A stretch of 64,000 bases of DNA from Octopus sinensis (lineage: Eukaryota), in NCBI RefSeq assembly GCF_006345805.1, contig NC_043013.1, forward strand, positions 47,120,001-47,184,000, in the 5' to 3' direction. Below are positions 52,369-64,000 of this stretch, one piece after another. Under the pieces are notes generated by a model that saw only the letters and a program-made list of their open reading frames with translations, had not been told where the DNA came from and ran no database searches. The translations under genes and the position numbers were made by a program. Numbering within the stretch: position 1 is the first letter of the stretch; each line of letters starts with the position of its first letter.

Positions 52369-52828
52369 TTACTCTTTTACTCTTTTACCTGTTTCGGTCA
52401 TTTGACTGTGGCCATGCTGGAGCACCGCCTTTGGTCGAGCAAATCGACCCCAGGACTTATTCTTTGTAAGCCTAGTACTTATTCTATCGGTCTCTTTTGC
52501 CGAACCGTTAAGTTACAGGTACGTAAACACACTAGTATCGGTTGTCAAGCGATGTTGGGGAGACAAACACAGACACAGAAACGTATACACACACACACAC
52601 ACACACACACACCACACACACACACACACACACAGATACATATATATATATATATACGTATATACGACGGGCTTCTTTCCATTTTCGTCTACCAAATCCA
52701 CTTACAAGACTTTGGTCGGCTCGAAGCTATAGTAGAAGACACTTGCCCAAGGTGCCATGTAGTGGGACTGAACCCGGAATCATGTGGTTCGTAAGCAAGC
52801 TACTTACCACACAGCCACTCCTACGCCT
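52369..52828 (-). mobile_element. SINE family A, full length
   Basis: Same as other family A copies. Confidence 0.92.
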
Positions 52829-54245
52829 AACATTGATTTCTAACACGTTCATAAGGCCTTAAAAGTAAAGGATTGTTACAGTCGAGTAGATTGTACTCCT
52901 CCAACATAGAATGCAAAGTAGATGTTTGTCAAGATTTGAACTCAGAATGTAATGGTACGCAGCAAAAATTCGCAAAGCCGTTTGTCACTCAGCAAATTCT
53001 GTCGATCCCCGATCCCTTTATTATCTTCGCAACATCAACATTAGTTTGCAAACAGCTTCTGCTATAATTATGTGAAAACAGTTAAACAGCAATGATTCTT
53101 TCTACTTTGAAATGAAAAACTACAAAATTTCTGGTTGTAATATTTTAAAAACATTGAACGGCAATGGAAGCAAACACCAATATGGCTTTTATATTCACAC
53201 CAAACAGAGGTATTTACTGTTTTAACAGATTTAGCATGTCTCTGTGTAAACTGGGTCTTCACGCTTAAAGGTAATTTAAATATTTTCACACTGTTTCCCC
53301 ATAAGCAACAACAATACAAAATAGTTTAATGATATACAAATATTGCTCATCGAATCAATCACAGGCACATTCAACGCTGTGAAATGTCATCATATTAACA
53401 CATACTAAAGACGAATTTCATTAAAAGAAAAATAAAGGAAAAAGCATTTCTTAAAAGACTCATGTTAATCACGAAGAAGGAATCAACGAATTTAACAGTT
53501 TTGTTATTAATCATCGACAGTGAAAAACTACGTATATAAATAATGAGTATAGGCTTAATGAAGAAGTGTTATAATTTATTCGACCAACAAACGATTCTTT
53601 TTCCTAAACTCGGGTGAGTAAATATGGTTTGTAGTAAGATCTCCCATTTTGAATATTTTGTTTACATTTTATATTGTTGTTTAGTGTATGTTGTTTTATT
53701 TATGGCTTTTGTTGTTGTTTATAATATTTTCATATGACACCTTTAATTTCGCATGCAGCTACATAAAGTTTCCCACAAACAAATGATGACAACAGAAATC
53801 ACTTCATCTTAGAGAACAGTATGTTTGTTTGTTTGTTTGTTTGTTTATTGTTTCTTAGCATTCATTTATGCAAAGAATGTTCGAAGATAGTGAAAGCGGC
53901 GTGGAATACCTGCGATAAAAGTTCAATTCAGAGTTAAGCCATTGCACTGATGTTATTCCTTCTATCACCGATTTCTGAGTGTAGCCATTTGATCAAGGAC
54001 ATCAGAGAGGGAGTACTCCAGGAGACTATGTTGACTCCGGGTTATTCACAAGAATGAAAGGATTTTATTGACAAAAATCCGACCAGTTAGGATTCATGGC
54101 CATTACGGACCATATCGTAGAGTTTTAAAAAAATATTTTTGCAAACCTAAGACAAGAATAAGTCTTTAAACTTATGTATCCACACACACACGCATACACA
54201 CACACAAACACACACACACACACACATATATGCACACCTATTATA

Positions 54246-55048
54246 CGAGGAGATACCCAGAAGTAACCGGGAGCGTTCTCCGTAGGACAAACCCGTTGAA
54301 ATTCAGACTTCCACCGCTAGAAGCCACTTGATGCGACCCTCAGGCATCAGTCTACATCGAATTGAGTCGTTCTGTCACGTGGTGCGTATTTGTTTTCCGG
54401 TACTTTTCCCCTGTTCATCAATATTTGTACACGGCGGCCGAAAGAGTTGTCACGCTACAAACAGCCTACAAGGACGCTACCATGAGCAAAGTACAAGTTT
54501 ACGAGTGGTTTTCACGCTTTAGGAATGGTCACTAGTCGCATGAAAACTAATCTCGTTCAGGGCGACCGTCGACCTCCCGAACTGATCTTGAGGAACTTGT
54601 TCATGAACTGATCTTGAGGAACTTGTTCATATGACTGGTGTGTACTGGAGCTCCTGTCAACAAATTTTGAGCGAGGAATTGCAAATGAAATTAAAATTTG
54701 TGTCTCGCTTGCTCAAGGGAAGATCGAAAGCAGTCACAAATGAATGCGTGTCGTGAACTTGAAGGACAATTGGAAGTTGATTCGGATATTTTTCGGAGGT
54801 CGTCACTGGAGAGGGAAGTTGGTGCTACGCAATTTGCAGATGTGGAAAAGATGAAGAAAGAAACGACGGAGGGGTTGAAATATATCACATCGCATGAGTT
54901 CCAGCACTGCTTCGAACAGTTGAAAACACGGCTGGTCCGATCCATTGCTTCACACGGAGAATACTTTGAAGGCTATAAGTGTGTAAATATGTATGACTAA
55001 GTGAATGAAATAACATTGCAAAATTCTGGTTTCTTTTGGGTACCCCCG
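54246..55048 (+). mobile_element. Internally deleted mariner element with TIRs and TA TSD
   Basis: TA|CGAGGAGATACCCAGAAGTAACCGG ... CTGGTTTCTTTTGGGTACCCCCG|TA; VYEWFSRFRNG, RSGRPSTS, FQHCFEQLKTR..GEYFEG; 26-bp tandem duplication at 54579-54630. Confidence 0.9.
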
Positions 55049-55095
<47 letters not shown>

Positions 55096-55418
55096 TTGGG
55101 TGTGTGTGTGGGTGTGTGTGTGTGTGTGTGTGCGTGCGTGCGTGTGTGTGTCTGTGTGTGTGTGCCTGTGTGTATTTGTATGCTTCTGTGTGCGTGTGTT
55201 TGTGTGTGTGTATGTGTATTTGCATTTAGATGTTAAATCCCCGATATGTATATATATATATATATGTATATATATATAAATACACACACATCTATATATA
55301 TATATGTATGTTTCTCTCTCTCTCCCTCTTTCTCTTTATCTATCTATTTACCTATCTATGGATAGATAGATATACTATATATATACATACATATACATGC
55401 ACTCACACAAATATATAT

Positions 55419-55494
<76 letters not shown>

Positions 55495-57458
55495 TCTGTG
55501 CTTATAATGTATTGAGTCATTCATTGAAGCATTTTCTTCTTGGTCTTTTGGCCAATATAACCATTTGTGTATTTGTGTCTACGTTTGTTTATGCTTCGAG
55601 AGATAGAATGATAGGTACTGCCAATACGTTTGCCTCGTTGTGCAGATATAGGCATTGTGGTGATACACCGCAGCTCCTGCACTCTTGCCACCACTCTCTC
55701 TCTTTCTCTGTCGCTGTCTATGTCTGTCTTTTTGTCTGTCTCTCCGCCTCTCTGCCTCTCTCTCTCTCTCTCTCTGTGTTTCTGTCTGTCTCTGTCTGTA
55801 TGTATGTCTCTTTCTCGCTTCTTTCTGCAGAACTGATTACGGAAGAATTTCACACACACACACACGCTCACACACTCACGCTCACACACGCACACACACG
55901 CTCACACCCACACGCACACACAAACACACACACACAACACACACACACACACAGAAAACACACACACATTAATAGAGAGCAGTCGCTATATTTCATTCCG
56001 TAACGGCTATCTCTGAAGAACGCAAGGTTACATAATTTGAGTGTCACCTAACAATCCGTTGAACCTCTAGTGCGAAACCGATTGTTAAGATCGGCCGTAA
56101 TGGATATATAATACTGTACACTTCGATTAATGTACATATATCCCAATTATGCTACATGTGTTTTTGTGCATATTAATATAAACCCGCTCATATTTTACCG
56201 TCGAAAGTAGGACATAATACATGCGTGTCGGTACTTTGTGAGACAGACCATCATTGTCCATTGAATATTGAAGTCAATCGAAAGAGTTGATCATAATAGT
56301 GGTTTTAGCCTCGCACGTGTTCAACTAAGTTATGTAATCTTAAACATAATCATTCAAGTGGGATTTTTCAAGCTGAATCTAGTTATCTTAATGGTTTATC
56401 AACTGAACGTATAAACGTCTTGATATCTAAGTAATAACAATGTATGGCAAGCACTTAATGAACTGGCAATGTTAAGGTTTAACATTTTATGTGGTGCTAA
56501 AGAACACAGTTGGAAACTACTCAAGTGCAACACTCCTTGGAAACGTTAAGCAATGGCAAGTTCTTCTGTGGTGCTCTACAAGCAACAGGTTTAGTAATTA
56601 AATGGTAAATAGCATTAACTTGTTTAAGCGGTCCAATGATAAATGATAAACCTAGTAGATTATCGTCTATCTTTTATCTTTTGTTGTTTCAGTTATTAGA
56701 TTGTAGCCATGGTGAGGGTTTTAGTCGAAAGAATTGCTCCCAGTACTTATAGAAGTAAATGTAAAAGTGAATAAAAATTGAGAGCGCAGAAAATGTCAGA
56801 CGTATATTTCCTTTGTAGTGTGGCTTAAAAAAAATTTAAGCTTTGTCAGACAGCTTATGGTAAGCAATAACAGATGTCAGGAAGTTAATAGAAATGTTAC
56901 ACGCATGGCACTCTCACTGAGTTTTCACATCTGGTTCAATTTATTTACCCAGGTATTTCATTATCTATTTTTTCTCCCTTCTCTCCCAGAACATCAGCCC
57001 TCGAGTATTCCTTCAATGTAATACCGATAGAGGATTCAAACTGAACAATATCACATTGACCTCACCAGTGAGTGGATATTCCTTTAAGTGCAGCTTAATT
57101 CGCATTATAAAATATAAGAAAAGCTTATGATGCAAATGAGACATAGTTGTTGTATGTGCTCTTCTCAAGAACATTAACATCTTCGTTGGATTGGCAATTC
57201 TAAAATCACAAGTCATTTGTGCTCTCGGTTCGTTGAGAACACAAATCCACCGCGATCGATAATGAAACCACACCTGAACTGACGAATATGCTGGAATTTA
57301 TTCTCAATTAATTCTTTAATTAACGGAGATCACAACACTAATAAGATCTTAGAAATTCGCAATTCCGTAATGCCGTTTTTTTTCCTGTTTATATATCAAA
57401 CAGCATTAAAAAAAAGCCACTGTTATATCATACTAATCATCTTACCTAATACTAATTC

Positions 57459-57587
57459 ATGATGATGATGACGATGATGATGACGATGATGATGATGATG
57501 ATGATGGTGGTGGTGACGATGACAATGACGATGATGATGATGATGATGATAATGATGATGATGATGATGGGGATGGTGATGATGATG

Positions 57588-57619
<32 letters not shown>

Positions 57620-57710
57620 GGTGATGATGATGATGATGATGATGATACCGACGTTGACAACGACGACGATGACAACGACGACGACGAAGGTGATGATGAT
57701 GATGATGATG
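57459..57710. repeat. (GAT)n/(GAC)n microsatellite
   Basis: Direct reading. Confidence 0.95.
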
Positions 57711-59593
57711 AAGATCAAAGAGAGAAAACTAAAGGTTCTTCTTTACCTGTAATTGGGATATTACCAATTCTGTCACGTCACCGTTTGCACCAATAACTTG
57801 TATCATGTATAACACTAATATAACTTCCATCAGCAGTTTTGAAAGAACCATATTCAAAACATGTACTCCTATAACTGTATGTAATGTAAATATTAAAATC
57901 CCAATTCCTCGATTGTATTTCCAGATTATTTCGTTGGCCGTCTCAGAAACAAGATGTTCTGCAATAGAAAGATTGCATTAATTAAAATTGTCTCTAATTA
58001 ATTATGTGGCTATGTAATGAAGGAAGGAAATTTTGAACGTTGAGGTTTATTAAAATATTCCAAATTAGTTCCAATTAATTATATTGGAATGTCGTAGGAC
58101 CGAATTACTCGTTATTAAGGATGGGGAGAATTCTAGATTAGCTACAATGATTTATGTAGAAAACTCTGGAAATATTTTAAAAAGAATACAATTAATTTTG
58201 TTAGAGGTTGCTTAAATACTGTTAATTTAGAAGAGAGAAAATGAAATTATCATGTGTTTAGGAGACACGAGCACGATAAAATCTGTGATAGTGATATGGA
58301 ATTGCAATCTATTAAAGCATGATACAGTTAAATATGTAAAAGTTTGCCGTCAGTTTCTTGATAGCAAGCAGGAAATGAAGGAAGTTGTGAACTCTTCTAG
58401 ATTATGTACAATTAATTATGTACAAATGTGTTGATAATTTGTAGATTCCATGAATTAAATTATGTTTAAAGGTGTAAATAAGTTTTAAATTGCGTACAAT
58501 TAATTATATAGAAAGATCTCGAAGCGTTCTTGATTCGATAGAGTTAATTAAGCAGCAACATATTCTGTTTTCGTTTAGCTCCATTTAATTATATCAAAGC
58601 AATTGAAAAGTTCTTGCGAGAAAAGAGTTAATTACGTAGGACGATAGTGTGACTATTTCAAGTAGATACAGCTAATTACATAGGAGCTTACTGACATATT
58701 GTACACTGGGTACAGTAGATAATAGTTACATTCAGGTACACGTAATTAGGCCAAAGGTATTTAAAACCTTTACAGTGGGAAATTCAGTTCTTAATTTGTA
58801 GAAACCTTTATAGTTGATGCAAGAAATTAACGGATATATTAAACTATTTTCATTGATTAGATTTTTGTACTGAATATTGATCGATTAGGAAAGCTGGAGT
58901 TTAGGAAAATGGGACTCGATTTTTACTCGGATGTCTCGATAGTAACCTATTATATCTAATCATGTAGATTTGAGATTACGTCCACGGAAACAACTTTTCC
59001 TTTTAACCTGCAACAACCATATATAAATCTCTCTTGACGTGAATATTTATATCAAGTTCCTGTCCTGAAGTAAGTAAGCTGTATACTGAACAGAGTAATT
59101 ACGTAGCAAGCTTCCAGAAAACAATTTATATTAATTAACTACCAAAAATATCATACGGCAGTAAAGGCGTAACACTGAATTATCACTATATATCTTCGAA
59201 ATGCTTGAAGAAATACAGGGGAGACCACTTATATTTACTTGTTTGGAATAGATGAATATATGGAAATTTGTCCATACATTCTGCGAAATTAGACCCACGA
59301 AGGATTATCCTTTAACTAACGGTGAGAATCGAACCTATATGTTTCATTGCTATGTGAGAATTTATCCAGGATATACACACCTCTCCCTCCAACACAAACA
59401 GTGAAGTTAACTGATGACTACTCACTAAATTGTAGATGTGCGTGTATCAAAGTACAAGTTCATTTGCATAGTCCTACAAGTTTGACAATTTGGCAACAAT
59501 TAGTACAGTAGCATTACAATGCATGTTATATAAGTGTGTATGAATGGATACATATGTGCATGTATATAATACATGCACACACAATCATATATT

Positions 59594-59631
<38 letters not shown>

Positions 59632-59654
59632 TGTATATGTATTTATGCATGTAT

Positions 59655-59730
<76 letters not shown>

Positions 59731-59732
59731 AA

Positions 59733-60151
59733 TATTGAGGATAAAATCTTTATAAGAAATTATTAGTAGTTAGCGTGAAAAACCTCGAGAGAGAAAAAAT
59801 CCGTAAATTTTTCCACTTTGAAAATATTTATTTATATTATATAGAGGGTACTACTATTCATAGATACCGCACGCTAGGAGGGACCCTTGCGGTCAAAACT
59901 ATTAAAATAAACAAACTGTACCGAATGCAAAACTTCAAAGCAAGTCATTTAAAAAAAGAATTTAGTTACATATCACCTGTGATTTCGCAATAAATGCAGA
60001 ATATGCATTCTATGCTCATCAGTGCAACAAACTCAAGACATATAAGAAAACTTGCTTTGAAGTTTTGCATTCGGTACAGTTTGTTTATTTTAGTAGTTTT
60101 GACTGCAAGGGTCCCTCCTAGCGTGCGGTATCTATGAATAGTAGTACCCTC

Positions 60152-60162
<11 letters not shown>
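59733..60162 (-). mobile_element. Fold-back mini-element: 113-bp inverted repeats around a hammerhead, plus 100-bp tail, in (TA)n
   Basis: Arms 59833-59945 and 60050-60162 with 2 mismatches; minus-strand AATAAA at 59827-59832. Confidence 0.85.
59958..60034 (-). ncRNA. Intact type I hammerhead ribozyme
   Basis: GAGUUU-GUUGCA-CUGAUGA-GCA..UGC-GAAA-UCA CAGG UGA-UA|UGUAAC-U-AAAUUC; all core positions and three helices present. Confidence 0.85.
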
Positions 60163-60206
<44 letters not shown>

Positions 60207-60224
60207 ACATACATATATATATAT

Positions 60225-60578
60225 GCATTCGAGCTTTGGTGTTGGAGAAGACTTTTACGGATTCCATGGACAGCGAGCCTCACCAATGGAGAAGTTCTTA
60301 ACCAGATCAAGCCGAAACTGTCGCTAGAATCTACGATCACCAAGCATAGATTGGCATATTTTGGTCATATTATGTGGAGAAAATCCCTGGAGAAGGACAT
60401 CATGCTCGGAATGGTCAGTGGCAAGAGAGGAAGAGGCCGACCAAGAACCCGCTGGCTTGACACCATCAAGAGTGATATGAGAATGGACATAGCCAATCTG
60501 AAAGAAGCGGCCCAGGATAGAATTGGCTGGAGGACACTGATCCATTGATGACCGAAAGTCTACTTCGACTGAGCGGAT
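60225..60578 (+). mobile_element. RTE-BovB-like LINE 3' fragment
   Basis: AFELWCWRRLLRIPWTA..LAYFGHIM..SLEKDIMLG..GKRGRGRPRTRWLD..AAQDRIGWR. Confidence 0.92.
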
Positions 60579-60848
60579 ATATATACAATGAGTTAAAACA
60601 TATAATAAATGCACAAACGGGAAACAGTCACAGATGGTCGCCAACCCCTCGTCAGTTATCAGCCAGTGTATCAATCGCAATTTCGTGCCTGGACGTTAAT
60701 ATTGGATCCTCTACTGGTGGCGTGGACTCTCACATCTATTTCCAATAGGCCTTTTAGATCATGCAGATTTGAAAAGAGAAATTTCATTGTTTTCGACCAC
60801 GATGCTGTTAATGATAGTAACTGATTTCACAGCAAAATACATATGAAT

Positions 60849-61163
60849 ATCACCGTGATCACCATGACCGACAAGGCTATCAGATGTTGCTACACATCGC
60901 TGGTCACAATGCGCTTCGAATTATTTTTTAGCCTTCAAATGACGCCACCCCACTGGCTAAGCGAGCAGGCCAACAGAAGAAAGAGTGAGAGAAAGTTGTG
61001 GTGAAAGAGTGCAGCAGGGATCGTCACCATCCTCTCCCGGTGCCTCGTGGAGCTTTAGGTGTTTTCGCTCAATAAACACACACAACGCCCGGTCTGGGAA
61101 TCGAAACCGCGATCCTTCAACCGCGAGTCCGCTGCCCTAACCACTGGGCCACTGGGCCTCCAC
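60849..61163 (-). mobile_element. SINE family C with RTE-derived tail
   Basis: Head and body match 46630-46820; tail matches LINE end 38358-38425. Confidence 0.88.
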
Positions 61164-61786
61164 ACACACACACACACACATGAATATATTCTTGATTATT
61201 CAATCCTAGCTCACATATTACCAGTACCCAAGTACTTACTGTTCAAACCAGCAGATGTTACAATTACATATGGATTTACGTAATTATAGCAAATTGCAGT
61301 CGTAGATTTCATTCAGTGATTTGTCACTGAAGAAGGCTTTACAGCTGCCTCTCAGTAATAACTTTCATATGGCAGAAGCAGAAACTGAAAATACGTTTTC
61401 TTCCTCTAGCGTAAAGTCGAACATTTTTTTTTTACTTTAATAATATCTTTATGTCATGTCGTTGGCCAACTTTCACTAATGTTTGTTAATCAAAGAAACA
61501 ATTATCCGTACATAAGTAATGGGAAATTATTTAACGTAAAAAACAAATACGAGAACAAAACAAACTGGATATTATTTTTAATGAAGCACAAATGACAAAG
61601 TCAATAATAACATAATTAATACAGTAGGCCTAGAAATTTTAATTAAAATTATATCCGGTATAAGATGAAAGAATCACTAGTTTAATGATCAGTTCTGATC
61701 CACAAAGGTAGACTGTGTATCTAAGCAGTTCTCCTAGTCCATATTTCAAGTAATCATACTGCTTATTAGATAGAATACACAAAGTG

Positions 61787-62433
61787 AAGGCACGAGGATT
61801 AGTGTTTAGGGTATTCGGCTCATGATCTTACGGTCGTTAGTTCAATTCCGGGCGGCACATTGTGCCTTTGAACAAGATACTTTTCACACATTGCTCCAGT
61901 GCACTGAGCTGTGGAGTCACATGGCCTAGTGGTTACAGCAGCAGACTCACGGTCGACAGATCGCGAGTTCGAATCTCAGGCCGGACGATGTGTGTGTTTA
62001 TGAGCGAAAACACCTAAGCTCCACGCGGCTCCGGCAGAAGGTAACGGCGAAACTTCTGCTGATTCTTTCGCCACAACTTTTTCTCCACTGTTTCCTCCTG
62101 CATCTTGCAGCTCAACTGCGACGGACCGGCGTCCCGTCCAGGTGGGGAACCTATACGCAAAGAAACCGCGAAGCCGGCCCTTATGAACCAGGCATGTCTC
62201 GAGAAGGAACAAACAATAAAAAAGTGCACTGATCTGGCAAAAGTGAATAGTACCTGTATTTCAAAGGATCGGCCTCGTTACATTACGTGTCACGCTGAAA
62301 CTCCCTGAACACGACATTAAGGGTACGCGTGTCTATAGAGTGCTCTTCGGCCGCTTGCACGTTAATATCACGAGAAGGCTGCTACGTTGATCAGGTTAGC
62401 TGGAACCCTCGTCATCGTAACCGACGGAGTGCC
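61787..62433 (+). mobile_element. SINE family D (tRNA head, CORE-like body, tail X) split by a family C insertion
   Basis: Halves 61787-61910 and 62236-62433 join to match 8764-9002. Confidence 0.75.
61911..62222 (+). mobile_element. SINE family C with tail Y, 13-bp TSD
   Basis: TSD AGTGCACTGA(G/T)CT at 61898-61910 and 62223-62235. Confidence 0.88.
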
Positions 62434-62488
62434 AGCTATTCAAACGCGCGCGCACACACACACATGCACACATGTTTATATATGTGCC

Positions 62489-62522
<34 letters not shown>

Positions 62523-62691
62523 ATATATATATATATATATATGTGTGTGTATGTATGTACATGTGTGTATGCATATATGTGTATGTATGCATGTATTTAT
62601 ATGTATATATATGTATATGTGCGTATATATATATATATATATGCATATTTACATAGAAACATACATACACATACTAACACATACCCATAAT

Positions 62692-62695
<4 letters not shown>

Positions 62696-62772
<77 letters not shown>
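62696..62772. repeat. (GA)n microsatellite
   Basis: Direct reading. Confidence 0.95.
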
Positions 62773-62779
<7 letters not shown>

Positions 62780-64000
62780 GGAAGAGACAGGCAGACAGAG
62801 AAAGAGTCATCATTTGCACTTCTGGTAACGGCTATATTTGGTTAATGAGTTGTAATTTGGACGAAACATGTCCAAAATTGTCACAGTGCTACTAGAAATA
62901 CATCCACTCATTACCTTATTACCTTATATGTTAGTTTTCATTAATTTTAATTAGCGAAAAATCCGGGGTCATCTCCCTTACCTGTTTTGATCAGATTCTA
63001 TAACGAACAAATGATACTTTCATCACACTAGCGGTATAATTTTAATAAATTAATATCTCATGACTGTCTACATTTAATGTGTTAGCATATTTTTTATTAG
63101 ACCGAAATCCCTTAAATCTCATTCCAAATGATATGGAATTTCACAATAAGAATCCTTCACAATAAGGGGCTAATATTAAAACAATGTAAATTTCCAATTT
63201 TAGTTTCCTATTGACTGTTCTGTGGCTATATCTAACAACAGAAAATTGATCAATACAATTCTTGGAGTCCAAATGATATTGATATGCCCTTAGTTTTCTT
63301 TCCCCAACCGTTCGAAATTTAATTTAGAATTTTATTGGAATCTTATACAAAACATTGTAAAAACAATTCAAAATGGGCTGTGCTTGATTATCTACCAACG
63401 GTTTGTAAATTTGTGCAAGAGTGGGGTTAATTAGGTAAGAAAGTTGTATTAAATTTCTAGATTATCGCGGTTCATTAAGTCGGGAGTTTGACGAATTTGT
63501 CGTTTGTCTACTGTTATTTATATTTAGAGTTCGATGTTCATAGCTTAAGACGCAGATAATTACAGAATATTTTATTTTGGTTGCTGATAATTACGTGCGA
63601 AGGTGGAAACCGTCTAATTGTTTACATGTAATTATGTGAGAAAAATTAGAAATGTTTCGATTGGTTCTTCTTAATTGTACGGCGATATATACCATGTCAA
63701 CATATTGACAACGACTAATTACGTGCAAAACGAAAGCTTAGTTGAATATAACTGGCTAGGTTACAGATAATTCAATAAAAGTAGTTGTACAGTATCTCCG
63801 AGCATGTACTATTTATCGTGTAATATGCTTGACTATGTTTCCAAAAATTTTAGTGACAATTTATATATAATTTAGAAGGCTGTTTCAGTTAGCTACCTCG
63901 AGATATTCAGCTAACTTACTTCGTGTAGAGAATTTCACTTAGGATTTGGAGAGATAAATGAATAATTTATAAGCTAAATTGAGTGCCAACTTGAGTCTAA

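Overview
AT-rich, repeat-dense eukaryotic DNA, intergenic or intronic. It is probably from a cephalopod (octopus-like); this is inferred from the SINE repertoire and the microsatellite load. No host protein-coding gene can be supported, and most ORF-track entries are translated microsatellites. The window holds four or five tRNA-derived SINE families with swappable 3' tails, and broken non-LTR retrotransposons of several clades (R4/Dong, two Hero, Tx1, RTE, BovB-like, CR1-like). It also holds two mariner relics, non-autonomous Helitrons, a MITE with internal TTAGGG repeats and a tRNA-His pseudogene. Four signals stand out. (1) A non-circularly permuted, pseudoknotted hammerhead-like RNA sits in the 3' UTR of two divergent Hero elements, with compensatory changes in every helix. 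(2) An intact type I hammerhead ribozyme lies in the loop of a 113-bp fold-back mini-element, with about six more Penelope-type minimal hammerheads or relics between microsatellites. (3) A SINE with a Tx1-like tail forms 184-bp tandem arrays always joined at the same point inside its own head. (4) Three SINE/LINE tail partnerships are visible within the window. All structures were derived by eye; no searches or folding programs were run.
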